64,000 nucleotides of DNA from Heptranchias perlo (Eukaryota), in contig NC_090340.1 of NCBI RefSeq assembly GCF_035084215.1, positions 5,890,001 through 5,954,000 of the forward strand, read 5' to 3'. The notes under the pieces are model-generated. The model made no database searches. It saw only the letters and a list, made by a program, of their open reading frames with translations, and was not told the origin of the DNA. The translations under genes were made by a program, and so were the position numbers. Numbering within the stretch: the stretch's first letter is position 1; each line of letters begins with the position of its first letter. Positions 23,260 to 34,675 of the stretch are shown piece by piece.

Positions 23260-24941
23260 CAGAGATTACATAGAATTTACAGCATCGAAACAGGCCATTC
23301 GACCCCATTAATCTGTCCTGGTGTTTATGCTTCACACGAGCCTCTTGCCATCCTACTTCATCTAACACTATGAGCAGATCGTTCTATTCCTTTCTCCCTT
23401 GTGTACTTATCTGGCTTCCCTGAAATGCATCAATGCTATTCGCCTCAACTGCTCCGCGTGGTAGCAAGTTCCGCATTCTAATCACTCGGGGTAAAGAAGT
23501 TTCTCCTGAATTCTTTCTTGGATTTATTAGTGACTATATAATATTTATGGCCCTTAGTATTGGACTGCCCCACAAGTGGAAACATCTTCTCTGCGCCTAT
23601 TGTATCAAAACACTTCATAATTTTAAGTTCTTCTATTAACAGCAGTGGGAGAACCTTCACCACACGGACCGCAGCGGTTCAAGAACGTGGCTTCCCTCCA
23701 CCTTCTCAAGGGCAATTAGGGATGGGCAATAAATGCTGGCCTTGCCTGTGACACCCACATCCCATGAACGAATTTAAAAAAAGCTCTCACCTCACACTGC
23801 TAATTTCTAGAGAAACGGGCCCCAGCCTAGTCATTCTTTCCTGATATTTAGAACCTCTCAGTCCTGGTATCATCCTTGTAAATCTTTTTTGCACCTTTTC
23901 CAATGCCTCTATATCCTTTTTGTAGTGTAGTGGCCAGAACACAGCATGGTGTAACCAATGTTCTATAAAAGTTTAACATAACTTCCATGCTTTTCAATTC
24001 TATCCTTCTAGAAATGAACCCCAGTGCATGCTTTGCATTGTTATGGCCTTGTTAACTAACGTTGCTATTTTTAGTGATTTGTGAATGTGTAACCCTAGAC
24101 CTCTTTTCTCCTGCATCCCATTTGGACTCTAATTTCCCAAGGAGTATGCGGCCACCTTATTCTCACTACTAAAGCACCTCACACTGAGCTATACTAAAAT
24201 TATTTCGCTATTTACACGCCCATTCTGCAAGTTTAACTTCATCTTGGATTTTGTTGCAGTTTTCTTTAGTATTAACGATGCCCCACAATTTGGAGTCAAC
24301 CGCCAATTTTAAAATTGTATTTCCGATTCTCGAGTTCAAATTGTTTGTAAAAACAATGAACAGCAGTGGTCCCAGCACCGATCCTTTTGGAGCACCAATT
24401 CCCAGCATCCGTCAGTCTGACTAACTCCCTTTAACCCCTACTTTCTGTTTTCTGTTTTGTAGCCAGCTAGCTATCAATTTTACTTCTTGTCCCGACTCCA
24501 CAGGCTCGCTCCTTAGTCATGAGTTTACAATGTGGTACCATATCGAAGGCCTTTTGAAAATCCAAGTATATTACATCGACTGCATTATTCTTGTCTACTC
24601 TTTCTGTTACTTCTTCAAAGAATTCAGTAAGGTTGGTCATGCATGACCTTTCCTTTTGAAATACATGTTGACTATTGTTTATTATTTCTTCGGTTTCTAG
24701 ATTTTTTTTGCATCTTTGAGTACGATTCTATTATCTATCCTACTAGCGATGAAAAGCCAACTGGTCTATCGTTCACTGGACTTGATGTATCGTATTTTTT
24801 CAATGTAGGAATAAAATTAATTGTCATCCAGTCCTCTGGCACTATACCGTTTTCTAACGAATATTTATACAATATATAATAGTGCCTCTCTGATCTGTTC
24901 CCTGGCTTCTTTTAGTCCGCACGGATATAATGCATCCAGAC
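23260..24941 (-). mobile_element. CR1 LINE with a nested family-B 3' tail (23637-23780); paralog ~54505-56220
   Basis: GSVLGPLLF and LDFQKAFD motifs. Confidence 0.8.
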
Positions 24942-25312
24942 CCGAGCATGCAGCAAGACCTGGACAACTTCCAGGCTTGGGCTCGTAAGTGGCAAGTAAC
25001 ATTCACGCCAGATAAGTGCCAGGCAATGACCATCTCCAACAAGAGAGAGTCTAAACACCTCCCCTTGACATTCAACGGCATTACCATCGCCGAACCCCCA
25101 ACTTCAATATCCTGAGGGTCACCATTGACCAGAAACTTAACTGGACCAGCCACATAAATACTGTGGCTACAAGAGCAGGTCAGAGGCTGGGTATTCTGCT
25201 GCGAGTGAATCACCTCCTGACTGCCCAAAGCCTTTCCACCATCTACAAGGCACAAGTCAGGAGTGTGATGGAATACTCTCCACTTGCCTGGATGAGTGCA
25301 GCTCCAACAACA
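24942..25312 (+). mobile_element. Doubly truncated LINE family B fragment at the unit junction
   Basis: MQQDLDNFQAW...SAAPT; no 3' tail. Confidence 0.75.
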
Positions 25313-26490
25313 TGGATTGCATCGTGGGGAACTGAGGGAAATAAGGATCGAAATTGTAGACGCTCTGGCCACAATCTTCCAATCCTCCTGAGATAGATAG
25401 AGAGAGAGAGAGAGATATTGGGGCAGTGCCAAATGACAGAGAGTTGTGGTGAACGGTTGTTTTTCTGACTGAAGGGAAGTATATCTTTGTGTTCCCTAGG
25501 GGTCGGAATTTGCCGAACTGCCCTTTTTAATATATATTCGTGACATGGACTTGGGTACACAGGGTATAATTTCAGAGTTTGCAGATGATATGAAACTGGG
25601 GATTACAATAAACAATGTGAAGGAGGACATAGACAGACAACAGACTTCTGGAGGACATAGACAGACTGGTGAAATAGGCACGTGACAGATGAAATTTAAT
25701 GCTAAGAAGTGTGCAGTGATACATTTTTCTAGGAAGAATGAGGAGGGACAATATGAAATAAATGGTACAATTTTAAAGGGAGTGCAGGAACAGAGAGAAT
25801 TGTGGATGTACATACACAAATCTTTGAAGGTGGTACGACAAGTTGAGAATGCTGTTAAAAAGGAATATGGGGTACCTGGGCTTTATTAGTAGAGGCATGG
25901 AGTATAAAAGCAAGGAAGTTGTGCTCAACCTTTGTAAAGCACTCGATTGGCCTCAGCTGGCGTATTGTTTTCAATACTGTGCACCGCAATTTAGGAAGGA
26001 TCTCAAGGCCTTAGAGGGGATGTCGAAGAGATTTAAGAGAATGGAACCAGGGATGAGGGACTTTAGTTATGCAGAGAGACTGGAGAAGCTAGGGTTGTTC
26101 TCCTTCGAGCAGAGAAGGCTAAGAGGATATTTGACAGATAAGTTAAAAATCATGAACGGTTTTGATAGAGAAAATAATGAAAAACTGTTTCCAGTGGTAG
26201 CTGTGTCGGTAACAAGAGTAAACATATTTAAGATCATTGGCAAAAGAGCCAGAGGCAATGTGATGAAATGCTTTTTTAGGCAGCGAGTTGTTATGATCTG
26301 GAATGCACTGCCTGAAAGGGTTCTGAAAGCAGATTCAATAGTAACTCCGAAAAGGGAATTGGATAAATACTTGAAGGGAAAAAAGTTGCAACCTACCGGG
26401 AAAGAGCAGTGGAGTGGTACTAATTAGATAGCTCTTTCAAAGAACCGGCACAGGCACGATGGGCTGAATAGACTCTTTCTGTGCTGTACC
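25313..26490 (+). mobile_element. CR1 LINE
   Basis: FADD, MKFNAKKC and RT C-terminal motifs. Confidence 0.85.
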
Positions 26491-26496
26491 TAATAT

Positions 26497-27745
26497 CAGT
26501 CTACTCTAAATCATCAGCAAAGTGATGGAAGCTGTCATCGAAAGTGCAATCAAGCGGCACTTACTCACCAATAACCTGCTCGCCGATGCTCAGTTTGGGT
26601 TCCGCCAGGCCCACTCGGCTCCAAACTTCGTCCAAACATGGACAAAAGAGCTGAATTCCAGAGTTGAGGTGAGAGTGACTGCCCTTGACATCAAGGCAGC
26701 ATTTGACCGAGTGTGGCACCAAGGAGCCCTAGTAAAATTGAAGTCAATGGGAATCAGGGGGAAAACTCTCCAGTGGCTGGAGTCATACATGGCACAAATG
26801 AAGATGGTAGTGGTTGTTGGAGGCCAATCATCTCAGACCCAGGACATTGCTGCAGGAGTTGCTCAAGGCAGTGTCCTAGGCCCAACCATTTTCAGCTGCT
26901 TCAACAATGACCTTCCTTCTATAACAAGGTCAGAAATTAGGACGTTCGCTGTTGATTGCACAGTGTTCAGTTCCATTCGCAACCCCTCAATGACCATCTC
27001 CAACAAGAGAGAGTCTAGCCATCTCCCCCTGACATTCAACGGCATTACCATCGCCGAATCCCCCACCATCAACATCCTGGGGTCACCATTGACCAGAAAC
27101 TTAACTGGACCAGCCATATAAATACCGTGGCTATAAGAGCAGGTCAGAGGCTGGGTATTCTGCGGCGAGTGACTCGCCTCCTTATTGCCGAAATCCTTTC
27201 CACCATCTACAAGGCACAAGTCAGGAGTGTGATGGAATACTCTACACTTGCCTGGTCGAGTGCCGCTCCAACAACACTCAAGAAGCTCGACACCATCCAG
27301 GACAAAGCAGCCCGTTTGATTGGCACCCCATCCACCACACTAAACATTCACTCCCTTCACCACCGGCGCACTGTGGCTGCAGTGTGTACCATCCACAGGA
27401 TGCACTGCAGCAACTCGCCAAGGCTTCTTCGACAGCACCTCCCAAACCCGGGACCTCTACCAACTGGAAGGACAAGAGCAGCAGGCACATGGGAACAACA
27501 CCACCTGCACGTTCCCCTCCAAGTCACACACCATTCCGACTTGGAAATATATCGCCGTTCCTTCATCGTCGCTGGGGCAAAATCCTGGAACGCCCTTCCG
27601 AACATCACTGTGGGAGAACCGTCACCACACGGACTGCAGCGGTTCAAGAAGGCGGCTCACCACCACCTTCTCAAGGGCAATTAGGGATGGGCAATAAATG
27701 CTGGCCTTGCCAACGATGCCCACATCCCATGAACGAATAAAAAAA
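26497..27745 (+). mobile_element. LINE family B, unit-2 specific
   Basis: QFGFR, ALDIKAAFDRV, QGSVLGP; poly-A tail; inserted in a CR1 tail and absent at ~2200. Confidence 0.88.
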
Positions 27746-28049
27746 TACTATGACATTATGTTTGCATCTCAACCATCAGTTCCTTAACCTGTCCAGCACA
27801 TCGTCGTGGAACAGTCGGAAGGCAACTTTCAGAAGTTCTATTTAAAGAGATCTTCAGCTCCATTAAGATGAATCTTTGGTTAACTGGTTTAGGCTGCGCG
27901 GATGTTGTTTGTTTGAGCTGTTTTTGGATACTGTTTCGGTGTTAAATCTTATTAAAGAGAGAGTTTGCTGAAGGCTACAACAATTTCACTGATTTTTCTT
28001 CTTACCAATTGCTGTACATGTGAATGCTGCTGGGCGGACCATTGAGCCT

Positions 28050-28600
28050 CACAAATGAGGAAGAGGACGAGCAGCAAGGAACGCAGTAAAGACCTGCACA
28101 GGCTGGTAGAAGAGGGCGAAAGAGGCAAGATCTTACAGCATGCGGGTCTTCAGGAACCGATCCTCATACCTGGACCTCACAGAGGAACAGAATGTATGGC
28201 GGCTGCGTTTCAACAGGGAATAAGTCACTTACATGTGCCACCTGTTGCAGTGAGAATTGGAACAGAGCACCAGGGTAGGCAACGTATTCCCTGTGGCAGT
28301 GAAAGTCACCCTCGCTCCAAACTTTGAGGCTTCTGGCTCCTTCTAAACTGCTTCTGGAAACATCAACAACATCAGTCAGTTTGTTGTGCAGATCACCATC
28401 CTACAGGACACTGTTGCACTGATATCTACGAGTCGGCAGCAGTTGGTCACCTTCCACATGGAAATTGACAAGCAGGAAGAAAGAATACCCGCATTGCTGG
28501 ATTTCCGCAGGGGCAGGAGATCATAGACTGCACGTACATAGAACTGCTTACTCCCCATCATGAAGCAGCTCTGTTTATGAACAGGAAGTACAGTAAGACC
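28050..28600 (+). pseudogene. PIF/Harbinger (HARBI1-like DDE) transposase fossil
   Basis: FPVAVKVTLAPNFEASGSF*TASGNINNISQFVV and RIAGFPQGQEIIDCTYIELLTPHHEAALFMNRK. Confidence 0.75.
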
Positions 28601-28766
28601 CGCGATGGGTCTCAGACATGCTCAGTCACATGGACAATACCATTATCTGGAGAGGTAAATGTGGCTCAGAAGAGTGAGAACATACACTGCAGCACTACTG
28701 ATTTGAACTTTTTTAATCGAAGCACTGACACATGCTCCGTAGAGAAACCAACATTTTACTTCAATG

Positions 28767-30325
28767 GAAACATAGCAAAATGTAGAAAATAGGAGCAGGA
28801 GTAGGCCATTCGGCCCTTCGAGCCTGCTCCGCCATTCAATATGATGATGCCTCTATCTCAATACAATATATCCGCTCTCTCCCCATACCCCTGTGCTTTT
28901 GTGTCTAGAAATCTATCTAGCTCCATCTTAAGTATATTCAGTGACTTGGACTCCACAGCTTTCAGTGGTGGAGAATTCCACAGATTCACCACCTTCTGAG
29001 TGAAGGATTTCCTCTTCAACTCAATCATAAATGTCCTACCCCGTATCCTGAGAGTGTGACCCCTCGTTCTGGTCCTCCCAGCCAGGGGAAACATCCTCCC
29101 CGCATCCAGTCTGTCTACCCCTGTCAGAATTTTATATGTTTCAATGAGATCCCCTCTCATTCTTCTAAACTCGAGTGAATACAGGCCGAGTCGACCCAAT
29201 CTCTCCTCATACAACAGTCCTACCATCCCAGTATTCAGTCTGGTGAACCTTCGCTGCACTCCTTCCATGACAAGTATATCCTTTCTTAGGTAGGAGACTA
29301 AAACTGCACACAATACTCCGGTGTGGTCCCACCAAGGCCCTGTATAACGGCAGTAAGACATCCTTGTTCCTGTACTCAAATCCACTTGCAATGAAGGCCA
29401 ACATACCATTTGCCTTCCTAACTGCTTTCTGCACCTGAATATCTGCTTTCAGTGACTGGTGTACAAGGACACCCAGGTCCCATTGCACATTAACATTTTC
29501 CAATCCATAAATACTTAAATAATACTCTGCCTTTCTGTTTTTGCTTCGATAGTGAATAACTTCACATTTATCCACATTATACTGCATCTTCCATGTATTT
29601 GGCCGCTCACTCAACTTGTCTAAATTGCCTTGAAGCCTCTTTGCATCCTCCTCACAACTCACGATCCCACCTAGTTTTTGTCGTCAGCAAACTTGGAAGT
29701 ATTAAATTTGGTTCCCTCATCTAAATCATTGATATATGTTGTGAATAGCTGGGACCCAAGCACTGATCCCTGCGGTACCCCACTAGTCACTGCCTGACAC
29801 CCCGAAAAAGACCCAATTATTCCTATTCTCTGTTTCCTGTCTGTTAACCAATTTTCAATCCGTGCCAGTATATTACCACCAATCCTATTTATTTTAATTT
29901 TGCAAACTAACCTCTTATATGGGACTTTATCAAAGGCCTTCTGAAAATCCGAATAAACCACATTCACTGGTTCTCCCTTATCTATTCTACCAGTTACATC
30001 CTCAAAAAACTCCACTTGGATTGTCAAACACGATTTCCCTTTCATAAACCCATGTTTACTTTGTCTAATCCCGTTGACTTTTTCTAAGTGTCCTTTTATC
30101 ACATCCTTTATAATCGACTCCAGCATTTTCCCTTCTAATGATGTTAGGCGAACCGATCTGTAGTTCCCTGTTTCCTTTCTCCCTCCTTTTTAAAATAGTG
30201 GGGTTACATTTGCCACCCTCCAATATGCAGGAACTATTCCATAACCTATAGAATTTTGGAAGATGACAACTAATGCATCCACTATTTCGAGGGCTACCTC
30301 TTTTAGTACTCTGGGATGCAGATCC
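28767..30325 (-). mobile_element. CR1 LINE, unit-2 specific
   Basis: [25 protein letters not shown]. Confidence 0.88.
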
Positions 30326-30361
30326 AGCAGAGTACAAATTAATGCAACAATCAAGACGAAA

Positions 30362-31592
30362 CATACAGACCGGTGAGCCTGACATCTGCAGTGGGTAAGT
30401 TGTTAGAGGGTATTCTGAGAGACAGGATCTACAGGCATTTGGAGAGGCAGGGACTGATTAGGAACAGTCAGCGTGGTTTTGTGAGTGGAAAATCATGTCT
30501 CACGAATTTGATTGAGTTTTTTGAAGGGGTAACCAAGAAGTTCGATGAGGGATGTGCAGTAGACGTGGTCTACATGGACGTTAGCAAAGCCTTTGACAAG
30601 GTACCGCATGGTAGGTTTTTACATAAGGTTAAATCTCACGGGATCCAAGGTGAGGTAGCCAATTGGATACAAAATTGGATTGACGGCAGAAGACAGAGGG
30701 TGGTTGTAGAGGGTTGTTTTTCAGACTGGAGGCCTGTGACCAGCGGTGTACCTCAGGGATCGGTGCTGGGTCCGCTGTTATTTGTTATTGATATTAATGA
30801 TTTGGATGAGAATTTAGGAGGCATGGTTAGTAAGTTTGCAGATGACACCAAGATTGGTGGCATTGTGGACAGTGAAGAAGGTTATCTAGGATTGCAACGG
30901 GATCTTGATAAATTGGGCCAGTGGGCCGATGAGTGGCAGATGGAGTTTAATTTAGATAAATGTGAGGTGATGCATTTTGGTAGATCGAATCGGGCCAGGA
31001 CCTACTCCGTTAATGGTAGGGCGTTGGGGAGAGATATAGAACAAAGAGATCTAGGAGTACAGGTTCATAGCTACTTGAAACACAGGTGGGTAGGGTGGTG
31101 AAGAAGGCATCCAGCATGCTTGGTTTCATTGGTCAGAACATTGAATACAGGAGTTGGGATGTCTTGTTGAAGTTGTTCAAGACATTAGTAAGACCGCACT
31201 TGGAATACTGTGTACAGTTCTGGTCACCCTATTGTAGAAAGGATATTATTAAACTAGAAAGAGTGCAGAAAAGATTTACTAGGATGCTACCGGGACTTGA
31301 TGGCTTGACTTATAGGGAGAGGTTGGATAGACTGAGACTTTTTTCCCTCGAGAGTAGGAGGTTAAGGGGTGATCTTATAGAAGTCTATAAAATAATGAGG
31401 GACATAGATAAGGTAGATAGTCAAAATCTTTTCCCAAAGGTAGGGGAGTCTATAACGAGGGGGCATAGATTTAAGGTGAGAGGGGAGAGATACAAAAGGG
31501 TCCAGAGGGGCAATTTTTTCACTCAAAGGGTGGACATGTTGGGCCGAAGGGCCTGTTTCCATGTTGTAAACCTCTATGATTCTATTCTATGA
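30362..31592 (+). mobile_element. CR1 LINE, unit-2 specific
   Basis: 242-aa and 168-aa RT ORFs; ctatgattctattctatg tail. Confidence 0.9.
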
Positions 31593-34198
31593 TACCCATC
31601 AGAGAGCTTGAAATTAAAATAAAGAGGGATATAGAACTTGGAAATCCGAAATTCAAGGTTCGGCTCCATTCAGCGAAGACTGAATTTGATACAATTGAGG
31701 GCTAGGGAGCAATGGATAACGGTGAAACGAGAGCTGCAAGACTTTTTTTAAATGCAAGGGATGGTTTCTTGATAATATGGTAGTATTTGGGGGCACCTTA
31801 GTTTTCACAGTTGATTTCTGTAATTTCTTTGTCTGTATCATGATGTTTAATTTTAACCGAATGAAAATTAGGACCAGCAGAGCAACTGGCTCTTGATAGC
31901 TCTGTGATGCCAACAAGATGAGGTGTGGATGTTAGACATGACTCCAAGTTCCAACAAAGAGGAGGGGGCTGTTAGAGACTAAGATTGAGAAGTAGTAAGG
32001 GAAACCATTTTCTTGGATTATTTCTGCAGCTTAAAAACATCATATTGAAAGACTGACAGTGTATTGTAAATGGAAACAACTTAATCTAAATTTCCAAGGA
32101 TAGCTAGTGAGATTATTAAGCTATATTTTGCGCGATCACCAAAAGGATATTATATTTCCAGCTTGAGGAAAAGTACAATTGCAAAAATAGAAAACCACTG
32201 GACAAAATGACGGGAGAAAATCTCCACCCGGTCCGGAAGTGAACAGCGGCGTCGCTGCAGAGCAGGAATGGGAGCGAAAACTGCCATTGCTCTGCTGTCG
32301 TGTTCTCACCGACCAGCAGCAGCGTCGTTGTTGCGTCTGAACCGCTCATCACGAGCAGACAGCATCTGAGAATAATAAGGAAATAGGTCAGGAGGAGAAG
32401 GAAAAAAGAATTGGAAAGCGGCAGATATCAACGATCAGAGAACAGACGCTGGATATCAAATGACCGGAGCGAGGTACAATAATATGATTCGACGGATGAG
32501 CTGGGTGATGTCCCAAAACACGGAGCGCTATGCTCAAACAGACTGTTAAATTCTAGCATCCCCAAAGAGCTGCAGTTATTGTGATTGATAAGGAGGGTTG
32601 TGCGCATCTTGGAGACCACAATTGCTGCTGCTAACCTATGGTTTGAACTGTTCGTGTGTTATCTCTAAACTGTAATCCGCATAGATCAAATGGTCACTTA
32701 GTTTGCACGAAAACTGGTTTAAGCTAGGCACATATACTTTCGGGTCTTTCTCCACTCATAGCCATTGAGTCGCTCACGCACAAGCCCGAATAGACCTTGT
32801 AGCCACAGCATAAGGGCGGCTAAAGGAAAACGTTGGATCAGCTTAAAGCGGTGTTTCAATAACCAGGGCAAGAAAACGACAAAACGGATGAGACAAATCA
32901 ATTGGAAACATGTAAAATGGACAGTCGGATGTCCACTGTCTGCAGGAGTTCGTAAGACAGCGTATCGGCACAGTGTCCTTTCACCTTTGGGAACTTAGTT
33001 CAGATTCAGCCCCTCGTGTTGATGTGATGCCCTTTTCTGCTGACTGTAAAAATTTTAATCGAGATGAATTTTCGCATTCATATCCAATAATCAGTGGTTG
33101 TGAGTCCCTGATTCAGTTGGGAGGAGGTGAAATTCCCACAACACGGCCCAGGCGGGGGAGGGTCTGGGGCTAAAAGTGAAGGAAATGTGGGAAAAGGAGG
33201 GCGAGGGCTCTCAATGGATGAATCGTTGCGTGATAAATGAGACAAAAATAAACGTTAAAAGGTAGTCAGAGAACAAAAAAGAACCAGAGCGGATTCAAAT
33301 AAGGAACCGTATCACTAGATACAAATTATGAGTTTATTGATAAAACGGATAGAAGTACTGCGCAGGACCGGCTGTGAAACTCCAGGTCCCTCAATAAAAC
33401 TGCTCCACTTATTGGAAGAGTAACAGGAAGCATCAGTCAGGACCTCCTGGGGGACGTGAACCCACAGGCCATTAATGATTGGGGGCCCGTAACTGGAGTG
33501 TGTGGAGTGCAGATTTCAGTCTAAAGGGCGGCCTGACTTCTCAGTCTCGGTGGTTTCCTTCTTCGGTGCCAGCGATTATCCGAAATAAGAAATGAATGTC
33601 TTAGCTTAAAAAGGGCACTGATTTGAAACGGTCCACAATGTGGGTAGGTCCCATCAGATTCAGCATTAACCCCACCAGGAAATGACGCAGCCTGATGGTT
33701 TGGAATCGGTCAGTGGACTCTGCTGGGAAGCAACAGAAGGGCAATTTAAATGAGTTTATTGAGAAACGGCAGAGCGAGCGAGAGATAGAGAGAGAGAGCT
33801 AACTGAAGGCAGTGAGTACCTTGGGTCCAAGGATTAAACGTTTCAGGGTTTATTTCAGCGGAGCTGCATTTACTTCAACCGCAGTGAGATAAGATCACAG
33901 ACAAATACCGAACTCTGAAACTCATGTACAAATAAACAGCTTTAATGTCCGCAGCACCGTGATCTCTCGCGTCTTCTCAAAGAACAACCCCCCAACTCCG
34001 CCCCACCAGCCCCTCTGCAGATTGCACAATCTGAAATGAGGCTGTCTACTCCTCTTCGTCACATCAATCCACTGACATCACTTCCCGCCTTCCTGCTTTA
34101 TATTCAGCCTGAATTTTTCCAGTTTACTGGAGATTAACGATTTTACTGTGTCCTGACTGTGGGGACTGACTACCTCCTCACCTGCTCACATGGTCCGA

Positions 34199-34277
34199 TT
34201 TGTTGGACTATAACTTGGTGTTGTAAAATTGTTTACAATTGTCAACCCCAGTCCATCACCGGCATCGCCACATCATG
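34199..34277 (+). mobile_element. Penelope-like 3' terminal fragment
   Basis: ttgttggactataacttggtgttgt...ccccagtccatcaccggcatcgccacatcat matches 12777-12853. Confidence 0.75.
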
Positions 34278-34534
34278 ATTTTTTGGAGTCAGGGCTGCAC
34301 CGGGTATTTTAAAAGTGAGTGTACCGTCCATCAGCGATCAGATTTATTGTCTGCAAGTATCTTAGCTTCCTCGGAAACCTGTTTTTTTTTACATTTTATC
34401 TGGTGCATTTTCCAACATTTTGGAGTCTAGTTTTTGTACATTCACAAATATTTTCTGACATGCACACGACTTCCAATGAGATCATTTGAGCTGTACAAAG
34501 AATAGACAGTGAATCAACACCCCAAACGCAGAGT

Positions 34535-34675
34535 TACTGATCATTTATCACATTATTGTTTGTGGGATCTTGCTGCACGCAAATTGGCTATACTTTAAAA
34601 ACAAGTCATTGGCTGCGAAACACTTTATGACGTCGTTAGAATCCGAAACACGCTTTGGAAATGCAAGCTCTTTTC
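34535..34675 (+). mobile_element. Eroded SINE 3' part (DeuSINE-like, L2-type tail)
   Basis: tcacattattgtttgtgggatcttgctgcacgcaaattggct...aatgcaag. Family recognised from memory only. Confidence 0.45.

Larger units (their letters stand above)
1..24941 (+). repeat. Segmental duplication unit 1 (starts before the window)
   Basis: Colinear matches to unit 2: 1~25730, 2220~27760, 2893~31590, 6410~32070, 8450~36227, 10450~43436, 14443~46215, 24900~56120. Confidence 0.9.
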
